A stretch of DNA of 39,248 nt from an uncultured Bacilli bacterium (GTDB taxonomy: Bacteria > Bacillota_I > Bacilli_A > RF39 > UBA660). Made by a program: the position numbers and the translations under genes. The stretch spans positions 1-39,248 of the forward strand of contig CANRIE010000002.1 in assembly GCA_947630585.1 (NCBI GenBank), in the 5' to 3' direction. Position 1 is the stretch's first letter. The number at the start of each line of letters is the position of its first letter. Below are positions 1 through 8,599 of the stretch, piece by piece. The notes below the pieces were generated by a model, which saw only the letters and a list, made by a program, of their open reading frames with translations, ran no database searches and was not told the DNA's origin.

Positions 1-358
1 TTGGATCGCTACTTTCGTAAACGACATTTTTAGCTGTTGTTTTTTCAGGATATATTTGATAGTCATATTGATATTCTTTTCCTCTTTTTACACCTACAGT
101 ACTCGTATTTAAAAGTATTGCTTTAGGTTCTACACCTTCTATTTTTATAATACCAGTGTAAACAAGAGCAAAACCACCAAGAGATATTACAACTAAAGCT
201 GCTATTACTATCATAACAATTTTTAATGTCTTTTTCCCCTTAGGTTTAGAATTATTATAATTTTCTCCATTTACCATATCTTTCTTTTGGTAATTAGAAG
301 TATTATTCTGATAATTTCCATAAACATTATCAGCTTGATTATTATTTTGATTTTGCAT
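1..358 (-). CDS. Partial CDS (3' end outside the window): membrane-anchored protein with an Asn/Gln-rich N-terminus, one TM helix and the start of an Ig-like (Big_2-type) domain
   Basis: The ORF runs off the left edge and is absent from the ORF track because no stop lies in the window. ATG at 358 is preceded by a GGAGGAGA RBS. Translation is MQNQNNNQADNVYGNY...KKTLKIVMIVIAALVVISLGGFALVY (TM), then VKRGKEYQYDYQIYPEKTTAKNVVYESSDP, with no internal stops. Confidence 0.55.
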   Translation of the reverse strand, partial: MQNQNNNQADNVYGNYQNNTSNYQKKDMVNGENYNNSKPKGKKTLKIVMIVIAALVVISLGGFALVYTGIIKIEGVEPKAILLNTSTVGVKRGKEYQYDYQIYPEKTTAKNVVYESSDP

Positions 359-546
359 TTTCTCCTCCTATTATCATCATAATCTTATCATATTATCATT
401 TTTTATTCAAGATAATTTACAATTTTTTTAATAATTTCTATTTTTTCCTTTTTTGTATTACAATGTCATCTTTAATTTCAAAAGTGTAAATAGTTACATT
501 TTTGATGTAGTAAATTAGATATATATTAATATAAAATTTTATACGT

Positions 547-589
547 AAAAAACTTTATGAATATTTTTATCACCTTTCATAAAGTTTTT
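547..589 (-). terminator. Rho-independent terminator closing the T7SS operon
   Basis: Stem AAACTTTATGA / TCATAAAGTTT is flanked by an A-run and a T-run, about 40 nt downstream of the yukD-like stop. Confidence 0.55.
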
Positions 590-630
590 CGTTTTATTTT
601 TCAATAGTAGATATTTATTAATAGTTACTA

Positions 631-885
631 TTAAATTAAAATTAATTTAGTTCCATTTAATATTTTGGCTTCTTTTAAATTCAAATCAGCATTATAAAAT
701 TCACACGTGTCACTATTCATTAAAGCATGATTGTTACCAATTGGATAAGCTCCTTGAGATAACTCATGAGCCCCCTTGACAAGGTTAATAATTACATTCC
801 CAATCTTTTTATTAACAGGAATAAATAAATTATATTTAATATCAAGTTCAGGTACATAAACTTCAACTAAAACTTTATATTTCAT
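631..885 (-). CDS. esaB: YukD/EsaB-like ubiquitin-fold type VII secretion protein
   Basis: The 84 aa product has the size and pattern typical of the YukD/EsaB family (MKYKVLVEVYVPELDIKYNLFIPVNKKIGNVI...). Its start overlaps the essC stop by 4 nt (ATGA coupling). Confidence 0.7.
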   Translation of the reverse strand: MKYKVLVEVYVPELDIKYNLFIPVNKKIGNVIINLVKGAHELSQGAYPIGNNHALMNSDTCEFYNADLNLKEAKILNGTKLILI

Positions 886-3800
886 AATAACTCCTCTACA
901 CTGCTTTCCATTTTTTTATTTACTTCATTAAAATTATTAGAATCAAACGTTAAAACTTTCATTAAAGCATGCTTACCATTAACAACACTATATCCAAAAT
1001 CATTTGAAAGTGGTGTTTGTAAAGCCCTATCACTACTTCTTGTTAATTTAATTGTAAATTGGTTTGCAATTCCTTCTCCTATCCAAATAGCATTATCAGG
1101 ACTTGAGACAGTTTTAAACCAACTTTCATATTCAATTTTCTTAAAGTTATCAACAGCATCAATAACAACAAAATTAATAATTGGTAATTTAATTGCTTTA
1201 TTAAATAAATTAGTCATTGTTGCTCCAATATCAATTGTTAGCTTCGTTTTAAAGTTATTAAAATCATATATAACAAATAACATAGGTTGATATTTAGAAG
1301 CAATATTATTGTCAAATCCACTTGCTTCAAATTCAGCATAAATCTTATCAACATTCTCAGTTACACTATTTAATACTTCATCAAACTTGTTATTGTATTT
1401 AGTTATATTAACATAGTTTTCTTTAATAGTATCACTTGAATCAAATAAGTAAGTTTTAAATTTTGTTAAACTATTAAATTCACTTAGTAATTCTTTTGTG
1501 AATGATAAAGTATTTTCAAGCTCACTAGCAGTAATTTTATTAAAGAATTCTCGTTTAAAGTCATATAAGGAAACTTCTAAGGTATCTTTATAAATTCCAA
1601 CTGGAATATTATTTAAGTTATCTAACTTATCGCTTACTAAAGCCATATTAACTTTTTCAGGTAAAACTGGAATCTTAATTGCTTTAGTTTTATATTTAGC
1701 ATTTAATTCAATTGCTAACTTCTTAAAGAATTCAGCACTTTCAGCTTGTTTAGATGGATGAGCTGTTTGGAATTCATATATTCCTTCTCCAACCTTAACT
1801 AAACCACGGCCAACAGCTTTTGACGGCATAATATTGGTTTTTCCAAGAACGGAATAGTAATCGCTTTTATCATTTAATTCAAGGGCTAAAATTAGTTTGA
1901 AGTTTTGAGATAGTTTAAAGCGAACACTATTTGTTCCATTGGCTGTTAGCATAAAGTATATTCCAAATCTTGGACATTCTCTTGCATATTTACTTAATAA
2001 CTCAACGTAATCAGGATAAAGTTCTGAGAAAGAATCAAAGCCATTTATCATAACTATAACAGCCGGAATATTTTTCTTAGTTGATTTTTTATATTCATTT
2101 ATATTACCACCATAATTTAAGAATAAACGTTTTCTATCTTCTAAATAAGTATTAATTAATTTAAATAAATTTTCAAGTTTATCTTTATCATTAGATAGAA
2201 TTACATCTCCAACATGAGGTAAATTTCTTAAAGCCGTCATAGTTTCTGATGAAAAATCTAAAATATAGAAGTTTACTTCTTCAGGCGAATAAGTTGTTGC
2301 ACATGAGTAAACAACAGTTGTTAAAACTAATTCTTTACCACTTCCAGATACTCCGTAGACAATCGTATTTCCTGACTCGCTTATTGGAAGTGTTAAAATA
2401 TGTTGTTGTTGGTTAACTGGATCATCAAATTCTCCAATAACTGGATTAATATATAAGTCACTTTTGTAGTTATATTTATTCTTTAAGGAATCAAGTTTAA
2501 TAAAATTAGGAATCCTATTAAGCCATAATTGTGGCACCATAATATTTTCTTTATAAGCAACTTCATCAAGATATTTAACAATACTTGTAATTTCTTCACC
2601 TTGACTTTTAACGTTATTATTTTTAATATTATCAATCGTTTTATAAACGGCTCCATAGTTATTAATAAAGTCCATTGCTGTATCAATTTTTTTTATTCTA
2701 AAATCACTTGGATAATAAGGGGCTCCAGACCAAGCTGATTGTCCATAATAGAAATATTCATTAAAACCTACTTGTAAGTAGAAAGCACCAGTATTAGTAA
2801 TACTTGCAGCATCATCTCTTTTTAACATATCCATCGAGTCACTTCTATCTTGAACTTTTAAGCAGACTTTAAACCTAGAGTTACTCCAAATCTGATCATT
2901 TACAACTCCACTTGGTTTTTGGGTTGCTAGAATTAGGTGAACTCCTAAACTACGACCAATTCGGGCTATTGACATTAATTCATCCATAAATTCTGGTTGT
3001 TGCATTTTTAGTTCTGCAAACTCATCACTTATAATAATTAAGTGACTCATTGGTTCATCAACTTGCCCATTTCGATATAATTTTTGGTACTTATAAATAT
3101 CAATTGTTGATTCGTTTAATTTATCACGAGCTGCATTAAATATTTTTTGACGTCTTCTAAGTTCTGAATTCAAACTTGACAAGGCTCTTGTTATTTCTGA
3201 TTGGTCAAGGTTTGTGATTGTTCCGGCAAGATGTGGGAGTTTAACTCCTGTATCTTTATTTTCAAAAGCTCCAGCAAGTCCTCCACCTTTATAATCAATT
3301 AGGACGAAACTCACTTCATCTGGATGATAATTAACAGCCATTGATAAAATATAAGTAATAATAAACTCTGATTTACCGGAACCAGTCATACCAGCAATTA
3401 AACCATGTGGTCCATGAACTTTTTCATGAACATCAAGACTTAATAAATCCCCTGTTTCACTTATTCCAACGGGCGCTTGTAAACTATTAATTGGGTTAGA
3501 ATCCCTCCATCTATTGATAACATTTAATTGTTCAACCCGTCCTACATTATACATTTCAAGGAACGTATACGTTGCAGGTAAACTAAATCTTCCTTCTTGA
3601 AATTCAATTGGAACATTAGCAACCTTAGTTGTTAATAATTTCATATTCAAAGTATTTAAATCAGCTTTAAATTCTTGTTTGGTGCCTTTTGTTAAGTCTG
3701 GCTCTAACATTAAACTATTATTTTCATTAACATCAATAAATACTTTAGCTGAATCAGGAAGGCGTCTTAAACTTCTATCAATTGTGATAAGTGAAAAACC

Positions 3801-5519
3801 ATAATTAGCATTATCATGTAAAATTCTTGTTAATATTTCAACATTTCTCATATTTTTATAATCATCAGTAATAATAACAAAATATGGCATATAATTTCGA
3901 AAATCAGGATTATCAACAACATTAGTTCTTTCTTTATCACGATATCTTCTACTCATATATACTTCCATTAAGTATAAAGATATTTGATTAATTTCTTCTT
4001 TGCAAGTTCCAAAAAATCTAAATGTTTTTTCATTATTCCATACAAATGGCGTTAATTTTAAATATTCAAAATAACCTTGATTCTCTTCACTTGTTAAAAC
4101 AACTATTTTCAAGTCTTCAAAACTATGATAAGAAATCATTTGTAAAACCATTGTATCTAAAAATTGATAACCAAGCTTAATGTCTGATGTGATTGCCATA
4201 ATATATTTTTCCGTTAAATTAACTGTAACCGGAACATTTTCTAATTTTTTTTCATCTCCACCAACTTGAAATAATAAGTTTTTTAAATTATCATCAACTA
4301 AGGTAAATCTTTCTTTTTCATATTCAACCTCAATATCAGCATCAATATTTCCAATTCCAATTCTGATATTTAAAAAATCATCATGACTTAGTTTTCTCTC
4401 CCACATATTCGTTTGTTTATTTATAAGAATTTCAAAACATTTATCATTACTTAAATTATTTTCAAGTAATATAAACTTTTGTTCTTCCATTTTATCAGTT
4501 ATATCTTTAGCTCTTTCATTTACATAATTAGTATATTTTTCTTGACGTAATTTTTCTTTCTTTTTGTTATGATTTTTTTGCCATATTCTGGAAATCAAAG
4601 GAACAACAAATGATGCGAATAATGTAATAAATGTAATTATCAAAGTTGGAGCAATATCCTTGAATGTTACACCATTTTGTCCTACCCTAGATATTGTTGT
4701 ATATAAAGTCATACTACTACTTGCTGCCATCGTCATAGAGGATGCTAATGTCAAAAAGAATGGCATTCCTTCTGGATCTTGATTTTCAGGAGGTGAATCA
4801 ATATGAATTTTATCTGACACGATATTTCTTTTAAATCTTGGAGTCCTAAAGAAGTAATCCTCTTCAGAATAAATATCTAATTCTTCATCAATTTCACTTT
4901 TAGGAGAAACTGTACTAAGTCCTATTGGTTTTAATTTATTATTATTAATGCTTACCGTATTAAAAGGATTATTAATAATCATATAGTTTCCAAGTACAAC
5001 TATTCTAAGCCCTAAAATAAATATTACATCTCCATTATAAAGTCTTTCTTTTTTAACGCTTTTATTATTTAAATATACTAAATAAGTATCTGTTAAAACT
5101 TCAATAAACCAAGCATTATCATAATAGATCCGAACACTAAAATTATTTAAATAGTTATTTCGGTAGTAAATATCTGAGTTATTAGTTCCTATCATAATTG
5201 ATGCATCTTGAACATTATATAATGTTGTTTTATCATAAGTTGGTAGGCAATATAAAATATACTTGTAATCACTTTTTCGATATAATATTTCACATGAAAA
5301 ATAATCAGTTAAATTAATACTTCCAACTGGAGTATTATTAACAATGATAGCAGTATCAGCAGTATTAGTAAGTAACCATTTGCCATCTTTTTCTTTAATC
5401 GTAATCAAATCAATTTGATTACCATTTTCATCTATGTCAACAATTTGAAAGTCACCATAAATTGTATTTGGTAATGTTGTTGTTATAATTCTTTCTTTCT
5501 TAAGAATTAATATCTTCAT
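882..5519 (-). CDS. essC: EssC/YukB-type FtsK-SpoIIIE family T7SS ATPase
   Basis: 1545 aa. The N-terminal region is FHA-like and is followed by a TM segment (FFLTLASSMTMAASSSMTLY, LIITFITLFASFVVPLI). Repeated P-loop ATPase domains are present (GMTGSGKSEF, VSGSGKELV; Walker B IISDEFAEL). It sits next to WXG100-like and YukD-like genes. Confidence 0.9.
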   Translation of the reverse strand: MKILILKKERIITTTLPNTIYGDFQIVDIDENGNQIDLITIKEKDGKWLLTNTADTAIIVNNTPVGSINLTDYFSCEILYRKSDYKYILYCLPTYDKTTLYNVQDASIMIGTNNSDIYYRNNYLNNFSVRIYYDNAWFIEVLTDTYLVYLNNKSVKKERLYNGDVIFILGLRIVVLGNYMIINNPFNTVSINNNKLKPIGLSTVSPKSEIDEELDIYSEEDYFFRTPRFKRNIVSDKIHIDSPPENQDPEGMPFFLTLASSMTMAASSSMTLYTTISRVGQNGVTFKDIAPTLIITFITLFASFVVPLISRIWQKNHNKKKEKLRQEKYTNYVNERAKDITDKMEEQKFILLENNLSNDKCFEILINKQTNMWERKLSHDDFLNIRIGIGNIDADIEVEYEKERFTLVDDNLKNLLFQVGGDEKKLENVPVTVNLTEKYIMAITSDIKLGYQFLDTMVLQMISYHSFEDLKIVVLTSEENQGYFEYLKLTPFVWNNEKTFRFFGTCKEEINQISLYLMEVYMSRRYRDKERTNVVDNPDFRNYMPYFVIITDDYKNMRNVEILTRILHDNANYGFSLITIDRSLRRLPDSAKVFIDVNENNSLMLEPDLTKGTKQEFKADLNTLNMKLLTTKVANVPIEFQEGRFSLPATYTFLEMYNVGRVEQLNVINRWRDSNPINSLQAPVGISETGDLLSLDVHEKVHGPHGLIAGMTGSGKSEFIITYILSMAVNYHPDEVSFVLIDYKGGGLAGAFENKDTGVKLPHLAGTITNLDQSEITRALSSLNSELRRRQKIFNAARDKLNESTIDIYKYQKLYRNGQVDEPMSHLIIISDEFAELKMQQPEFMDELMSIARIGRSLGVHLILATQKPSGVVNDQIWSNSRFKVCLKVQDRSDSMDMLKRDDAASITNTGAFYLQVGFNEYFYYGQSAWSGAPYYPSDFRIKKIDTAMDFINNYGAVYKTIDNIKNNNVKSQGEEITSIVKYLDEVAYKENIMVPQLWLNRIPNFIKLDSLKNKYNYKSDLYINPVIGEFDDPVNQQQHILTLPISESGNTIVYGVSGSGKELVLTTVVYSCATTYSPEEVNFYILDFSSETMTALRNLPHVGDVILSNDKDKLENLFKLINTYLEDRKRLFLNYGGNINEYKKSTKKNIPAVIVMINGFDSFSELYPDYVELLSKYARECPRFGIYFMLTANGTNSVRFKLSQNFKLILALELNDKSDYYSVLGKTNIMPSKAVGRGLVKVGEGIYEFQTAHPSKQAESAEFFKKLAIELNAKYKTKAIKIPVLPEKVNMALVSDKLDNLNNIPVGIYKDTLEVSLYDFKREFFNKITASELENTLSFTKELLSEFNSLTKFKTYLFDSSDTIKENYVNITKYNNKFDEVLNSVTENVDKIYAEFEASGFDNNIASKYQPMLFVIYDFNNFKTKLTIDIGATMTNLFNKAIKLPIINFVVIDAVDNFKKIEYESWFKTVSSPDNAIWIGEGIANQFTIKLTRSSDRALQTPLSNDFGYSVVNGKHALMKVLTFDSNNFNEVNKKMESSVEELL

Positions 5520-5554
5520 ACAAATCCCTCTATTCTCTATATATAGAGTATATC

Positions 5555-5585
5555 AAAAAAAACTAACTTTAGCAATTAGTTTTTT
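5555..5585 (-). terminator. Hairpin with T-run between the 220-aa gene and essC (internal attenuator or terminator)
   Basis: On the minus strand, stem AAAACTAA / TTAGTTTT with a 9-nt loop is followed by a T-run. Confidence 0.4.
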
Positions 5586-5610
5586 AATTATTTCTATTTT
5601 TTCTATTTTT

Positions 5611-6273
5611 TTACCCTTTTTTTAATCCTTTGTTTAACGTATCTACCATTTGGCTTACATCGCTTGCCAATTGAGGGATACTTACCTTTAATTGATCAAC
5701 CAAACTATTTCTTTGAGTCAACTCGTTACTTGCTTCTGCATCATATTGATTAGCTGAATACATATCTCCCTCATTACGTTTAAGATTAGCATTATCGTGA
5801 TAGTTATTATAATTTGCATCATGAGCTTTAGCACTATCTATATCTGCTTTAATATTGCTTTTTTTAGTAACATAATCGCTATTTAATTCTGAAAATTTTT
5901 CATTTAACTCAGTAAAAACCTCCTTAGATTTTTCCTCAATTAAAGTTTTGTATTCGTTAAACGAAAGAACACATTTACTAATCATCTCAAACATTTGATT
6001 TAAATCATCCTTAGTATTTTTATATTGCTCAGGCCATTTAGAATAAATACTACTAATATTAGTTTTTATCATTTCAGTATCGGCTATAAATTTTTCTAAT
6101 GATTTTAATAAATTTGAATCTTCTAAACTAACATTTGAACTTTCATAATCACTAGCATTTTTATTTGCAACATTATCATCATAATTTCTAACTATTCTCT
6201 TATAAGAAGCATCAGCAGAATCAACACTATTTATATTAATACTATTATCAATAATATTTTGAACCATTACCAT
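5611..6273 (-). CDS. Hypothetical all-helical protein, T7SS-associated (possible substrate or accessory)
   Basis: 220 aa with a GGAGGG RBS 6 nt upstream of the ATG. It is Asn/Asp/Lys-rich with a coiled-coil-like sequence and no TM segment, and lies between the membrane component and essC. Confidence 0.5.
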   Translation of the reverse strand: MVMVQNIIDNSININSVDSADASYKRIVRNYDDNVANKNASDYESSNVSLEDSNLLKSLEKFIADTEMIKTNISSIYSKWPEQYKNTKDDLNQMFEMISKCVLSFNEYKTLIEEKSKEVFTELNEKFSELNSDYVTKKSNIKADIDSAKAHDANYNNYHDNANLKRNEGDMYSANQYDAEASNELTQRNSLVDQLKVSIPQLASDVSQMVDTLNKGLKKG

Positions 6274-6284
6274 AATTAGCCCTC

Positions 6285-7880
6285 CTATCCTACAGTCTCT
6301 ATTTTTTCTTCTGTATTAACTTTTAAATTAGCAGACAAATTTTTAACAAAATCTTCTAAGTTAACTAACTCAACTGAACTACTTAGTGGAACATAATAAT
6401 CTTTTCCATCTGATGAATCATTAATTAAAGCAAATTTAATGCCATTATCTTCAAGAGTTCCTTTAACAAAATAAACAGCATCTGGATTAGAATATTTTGT
6501 TAATACATCATCACCAATTTTAGTCGATGTCATTAGCATTGCTTCTTCATTCATCTTCAATACTTGTGAATAATTAGTAGTAAATGCCGTCGTATTATTA
6601 ATTTCAGCATAATAATATTTTTTTAAATCTTGATCATAAATTTTATAAAAATACTTATTATCGTATAAATAAATTCCTACAACATCATATTTTCCTGTTA
6701 AATTAGATTGTATAGTTGATGTTGCTCCTAATGTTTCGTATAATGGAGCTATAGCAGTAAATGTTAAACTTCCAACTACCCCTATTATACTTTCAGTAGG
6801 TTTTTCAGGTGGTTTAGAATTAGAACCGCCACCATCGCCAGGAATATTTATAAAACCAGAACTTCCACCAGAACCTCCACCTGGAGATGGTACCCTATCT
6901 GTCCCTTCTGCTGTTTTGATTGATTTTTCAATTTTTCCATATATGTCTGAAAGACAATCACTAAGATATTTTAAAACCTTATTAATCTTAGTTTTAAACA
7001 TAACAGAATCACTAAACTCTTCTGATATATCTTTTAATTTATTTTTAGTTTCATCATTTAATTCATCAAACAATAAATCAAACTTATATGGTGCAGCTTT
7101 TTCATCATATAAAATTTCAATATCATCTAAAATATTATATAATTTTCCATTCAATTCTTTTAACTCATCAGTATCAAATTTAGAAAATTTATCAGTTGCA
7201 TCTTTATCAACAAAACTTTCCTCAGGAACAACAAAGCCTGTAAATGTAAAAGGCAATTCATTAGTTGGTGGTTCTTCATTTAAAATTTCCGTTTCAGATG
7301 GCTCAGGTTCATCATTTATGTCAGAAATTGAATTTGCAGTCGGTTGGGCATTAAACATTGCATTCAACGTTTCAGGTGAAGTGCCAGGATTTTTTGCTGC
7401 ATAGGCAGTAATTGCATTATTATAAGCCTCTGTATCAGTACCAAACTCCTGAATTAAAAGTGCTGAAATAGGTAATCCCTGAGCTTCAGCAGCTGGTATA
7501 AGAGTATTTCTAACATAATCTTCATTACATTTTCCATCTAGAAAATCAACAACAAATTGCTTTTCAGCATCACTATAACTACCAGCTATTGATTGGGGCT
7601 GAGTTGGTGCTGAAGGAGTTTCTGGTGCCACTGGCTCAGAAGCAATTCTACTATTTAAATCTGCCTCTGACATATTGTGCCGTTCAGCATATAGATTTAT
7701 TGCTCTAGTATCCTGATTTGGCAAGTAACAGTTTTCACTTAAAAGTTCTTTGATTGATAATCCTTGTTCTTCACCAGATGGTATAATCATATCATTTACA
7801 TAAAGTTCATCATAACCCCATCCAAAAGCATTTTTAAAAAGTTCCCGTATAATTTCTTTATCTTCATCACTATATTGCAT
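6285..7880 (-). CDS. Single-pass membrane protein with a duplicated N-terminal module, T7SS-associated
   Basis: The start is taken at the ATG of MQYSDEDKE (AAAGGAG RBS); the ORF-track start is an upstream TTG. Two ~80-aa internal repeats are present (YSDEDKEII...IPSGEEQGLSIKELL and YSDAEKQFV...IPAAEAQGLPISALL). These are followed by a helical region, a Gly/Ser/Pro linker, a TM segment (IIGVVGSLTFTAIAPLY) and a beta-rich C-terminal domain. Confidence 0.6.
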   Translation of the reverse strand: MQYSDEDKEIIRELFKNAFGWGYDELYVNDMIIPSGEEQGLSIKELLSENCYLPNQDTRAINLYAERHNMSEADLNSRIASEPVAPETPSAPTQPQSIAGSYSDAEKQFVVDFLDGKCNEDYVRNTLIPAAEAQGLPISALLIQEFGTDTEAYNNAITAYAAKNPGTSPETLNAMFNAQPTANSISDINDEPEPSETEILNEEPPTNELPFTFTGFVVPEESFVDKDATDKFSKFDTDELKELNGKLYNILDDIEILYDEKAAPYKFDLLFDELNDETKNKLKDISEEFSDSVMFKTKINKVLKYLSDCLSDIYGKIEKSIKTAEGTDRVPSPGGGSGGSSGFINIPGDGGGSNSKPPEKPTESIIGVVGSLTFTAIAPLYETLGATSTIQSNLTGKYDVVGIYLYDNKYFYKIYDQDLKKYYYAEINNTTAFTTNYSQVLKMNEEAMLMTSTKIGDDVLTKYSNPDAVYFVKGTLEDNGIKFALINDSSDGKDYYVPLSSSVELVNLEDFVKNLSANLKVNTEEKIETVG

Positions 7881-7945
7881 ACTTTTTACTCCTTTCAAAA
7901 GTTCGCTAGTATCACACTAGCAATCCCTTTTTATATAATTTAGAA

Positions 7946-7970
7946 AAGACACATAAAGTGTATGTGTCTT
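7946..7970 (-). terminator. Intrinsic terminator or attenuator directly after the second WXG100-like gene
   Basis: A perfect 10-bp stem AAGACACATA / TATGTGTCTT with a 5-nt loop overlaps the stop codon. T-rich sequence follows on the minus strand. Confidence 0.5.
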
Positions 7971-8244
7971 AAGCTTGATCTGTTTCTTCAATAGCTGTTA
8001 CATACTTACCAACTTTATTTTGAATAGTCGCAACATTTTCAGCAATTGTTTTAGCTTTCTCGGATAATTCATTCATTGTTTCAGCTTGACGTTCTGAATT
8101 ACTACTTGCATATCCTTCTTGTTGATTTGAATATGTATTTTTTAAATTATTAAAACTTTCTTCAATTCTTTTAGCTACACTATCAATTCTTGCTAAATCT
8201 GATTTTAATTCGTCTGGACTATTAACATTAAAATCTTTACTCAT
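7969..8244 (-). CDS. WXG100-like small helical-hairpin protein (motif degenerate)
   Basis: 91 aa with two predicted helices around a central turn (NQQEGYASSN). An AGGAGAAATAAGAT RBS region precedes it, and it is adjacent to another Esx-like gene and essC. Confidence 0.65.
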   Translation of the reverse strand: MSKDFNVNSPDELKSDLARIDSVAKRIEESFNNLKNTYSNQQEGYASSNSERQAETMNELSEKAKTIAENVATIQNKVGKYVTAIEETDQA

Positions 8245-8260
8245 ATCTTATTTCTCCTTT

Positions 8261-8530
8261 CTATAATCCTACAGTTGCTTGATCAAAACCTTGTTGTTTA
8301 GCTTTTAAATTTTCGCGATTAGAATTTTGAGTTTCAATTACTTGTTGTAAACTTTTTTCCATTTCTTCTAACTTAGCATAAGCTTGATCTGCTTCTTCTC
8401 CAGATAAATTGCTTTGCATGCTTTGTTTGATTTTTTGAACTTCATCTAATTCAACTTGAAGATCATTAATTCCTTTTGAAATTTCATTAATTGTTCGTTG
8501 CATACTTTCAGAATTGTATCTTACACTCAT
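8261..8530 (-). CDS. WXG100/EsxA-like protein
   Basis: The start is taken at MSVRYNSESMQRT, with an AAAGGAGAAATAAT RBS just upstream; the ORF-track start is 11 codons further upstream. The 89 aa product has a helix-turn-helix hairpin pattern (turn LSGEEADQAY) and is the first gene of the T7SS operon. Confidence 0.7.
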   Translation of the reverse strand: MSVRYNSESMQRTINEISKGINDLQVELDEVQKIKQSMQSNLSGEEADQAYAKLEEMEKSLQQVIETQNSNRENLKAKQQGFDQATVGL

Positions 8531-8558
8531 ATTATTTCTCCTTTCTATTTTCATAATA

Positions 8559-8587
8559 ATCATACATTATTTTTTTTAAAAAGTAAA
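8559..8587 (-). promoter_or_regulatory. Putative sigma-A promoter of the esx/T7SS operon
   Basis: On the minus strand, TTTACT, a 17-nt spacer and TATGAT end about 28 nt upstream of the esx-like start codon. Confidence 0.4.
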
Positions 8588-8599
8588 TACCAAATTACA

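Noticed and set aside
2483-2738. Short ORFs on both strands (2483-2686 minus, 2529-2738 plus) within essC. Similar internal ORFs occur at 13126-13338, 15595-15810, 25408-25764, 27050-27238, 27530-27772, 30256-30459 and 23379-23579.
   Set aside because: All lie inside, or antisense to, strongly supported genes or in promoter regions. They lack an RBS and have no recognisable motifs.
6916-7404. A 162-aa plus-strand ORF inside the T7SS membrane protein gene.
   Set aside because: It is antisense to a well-supported CDS, has Ser/Asn/Phe-rich low complexity, and has no RBS or promoter.
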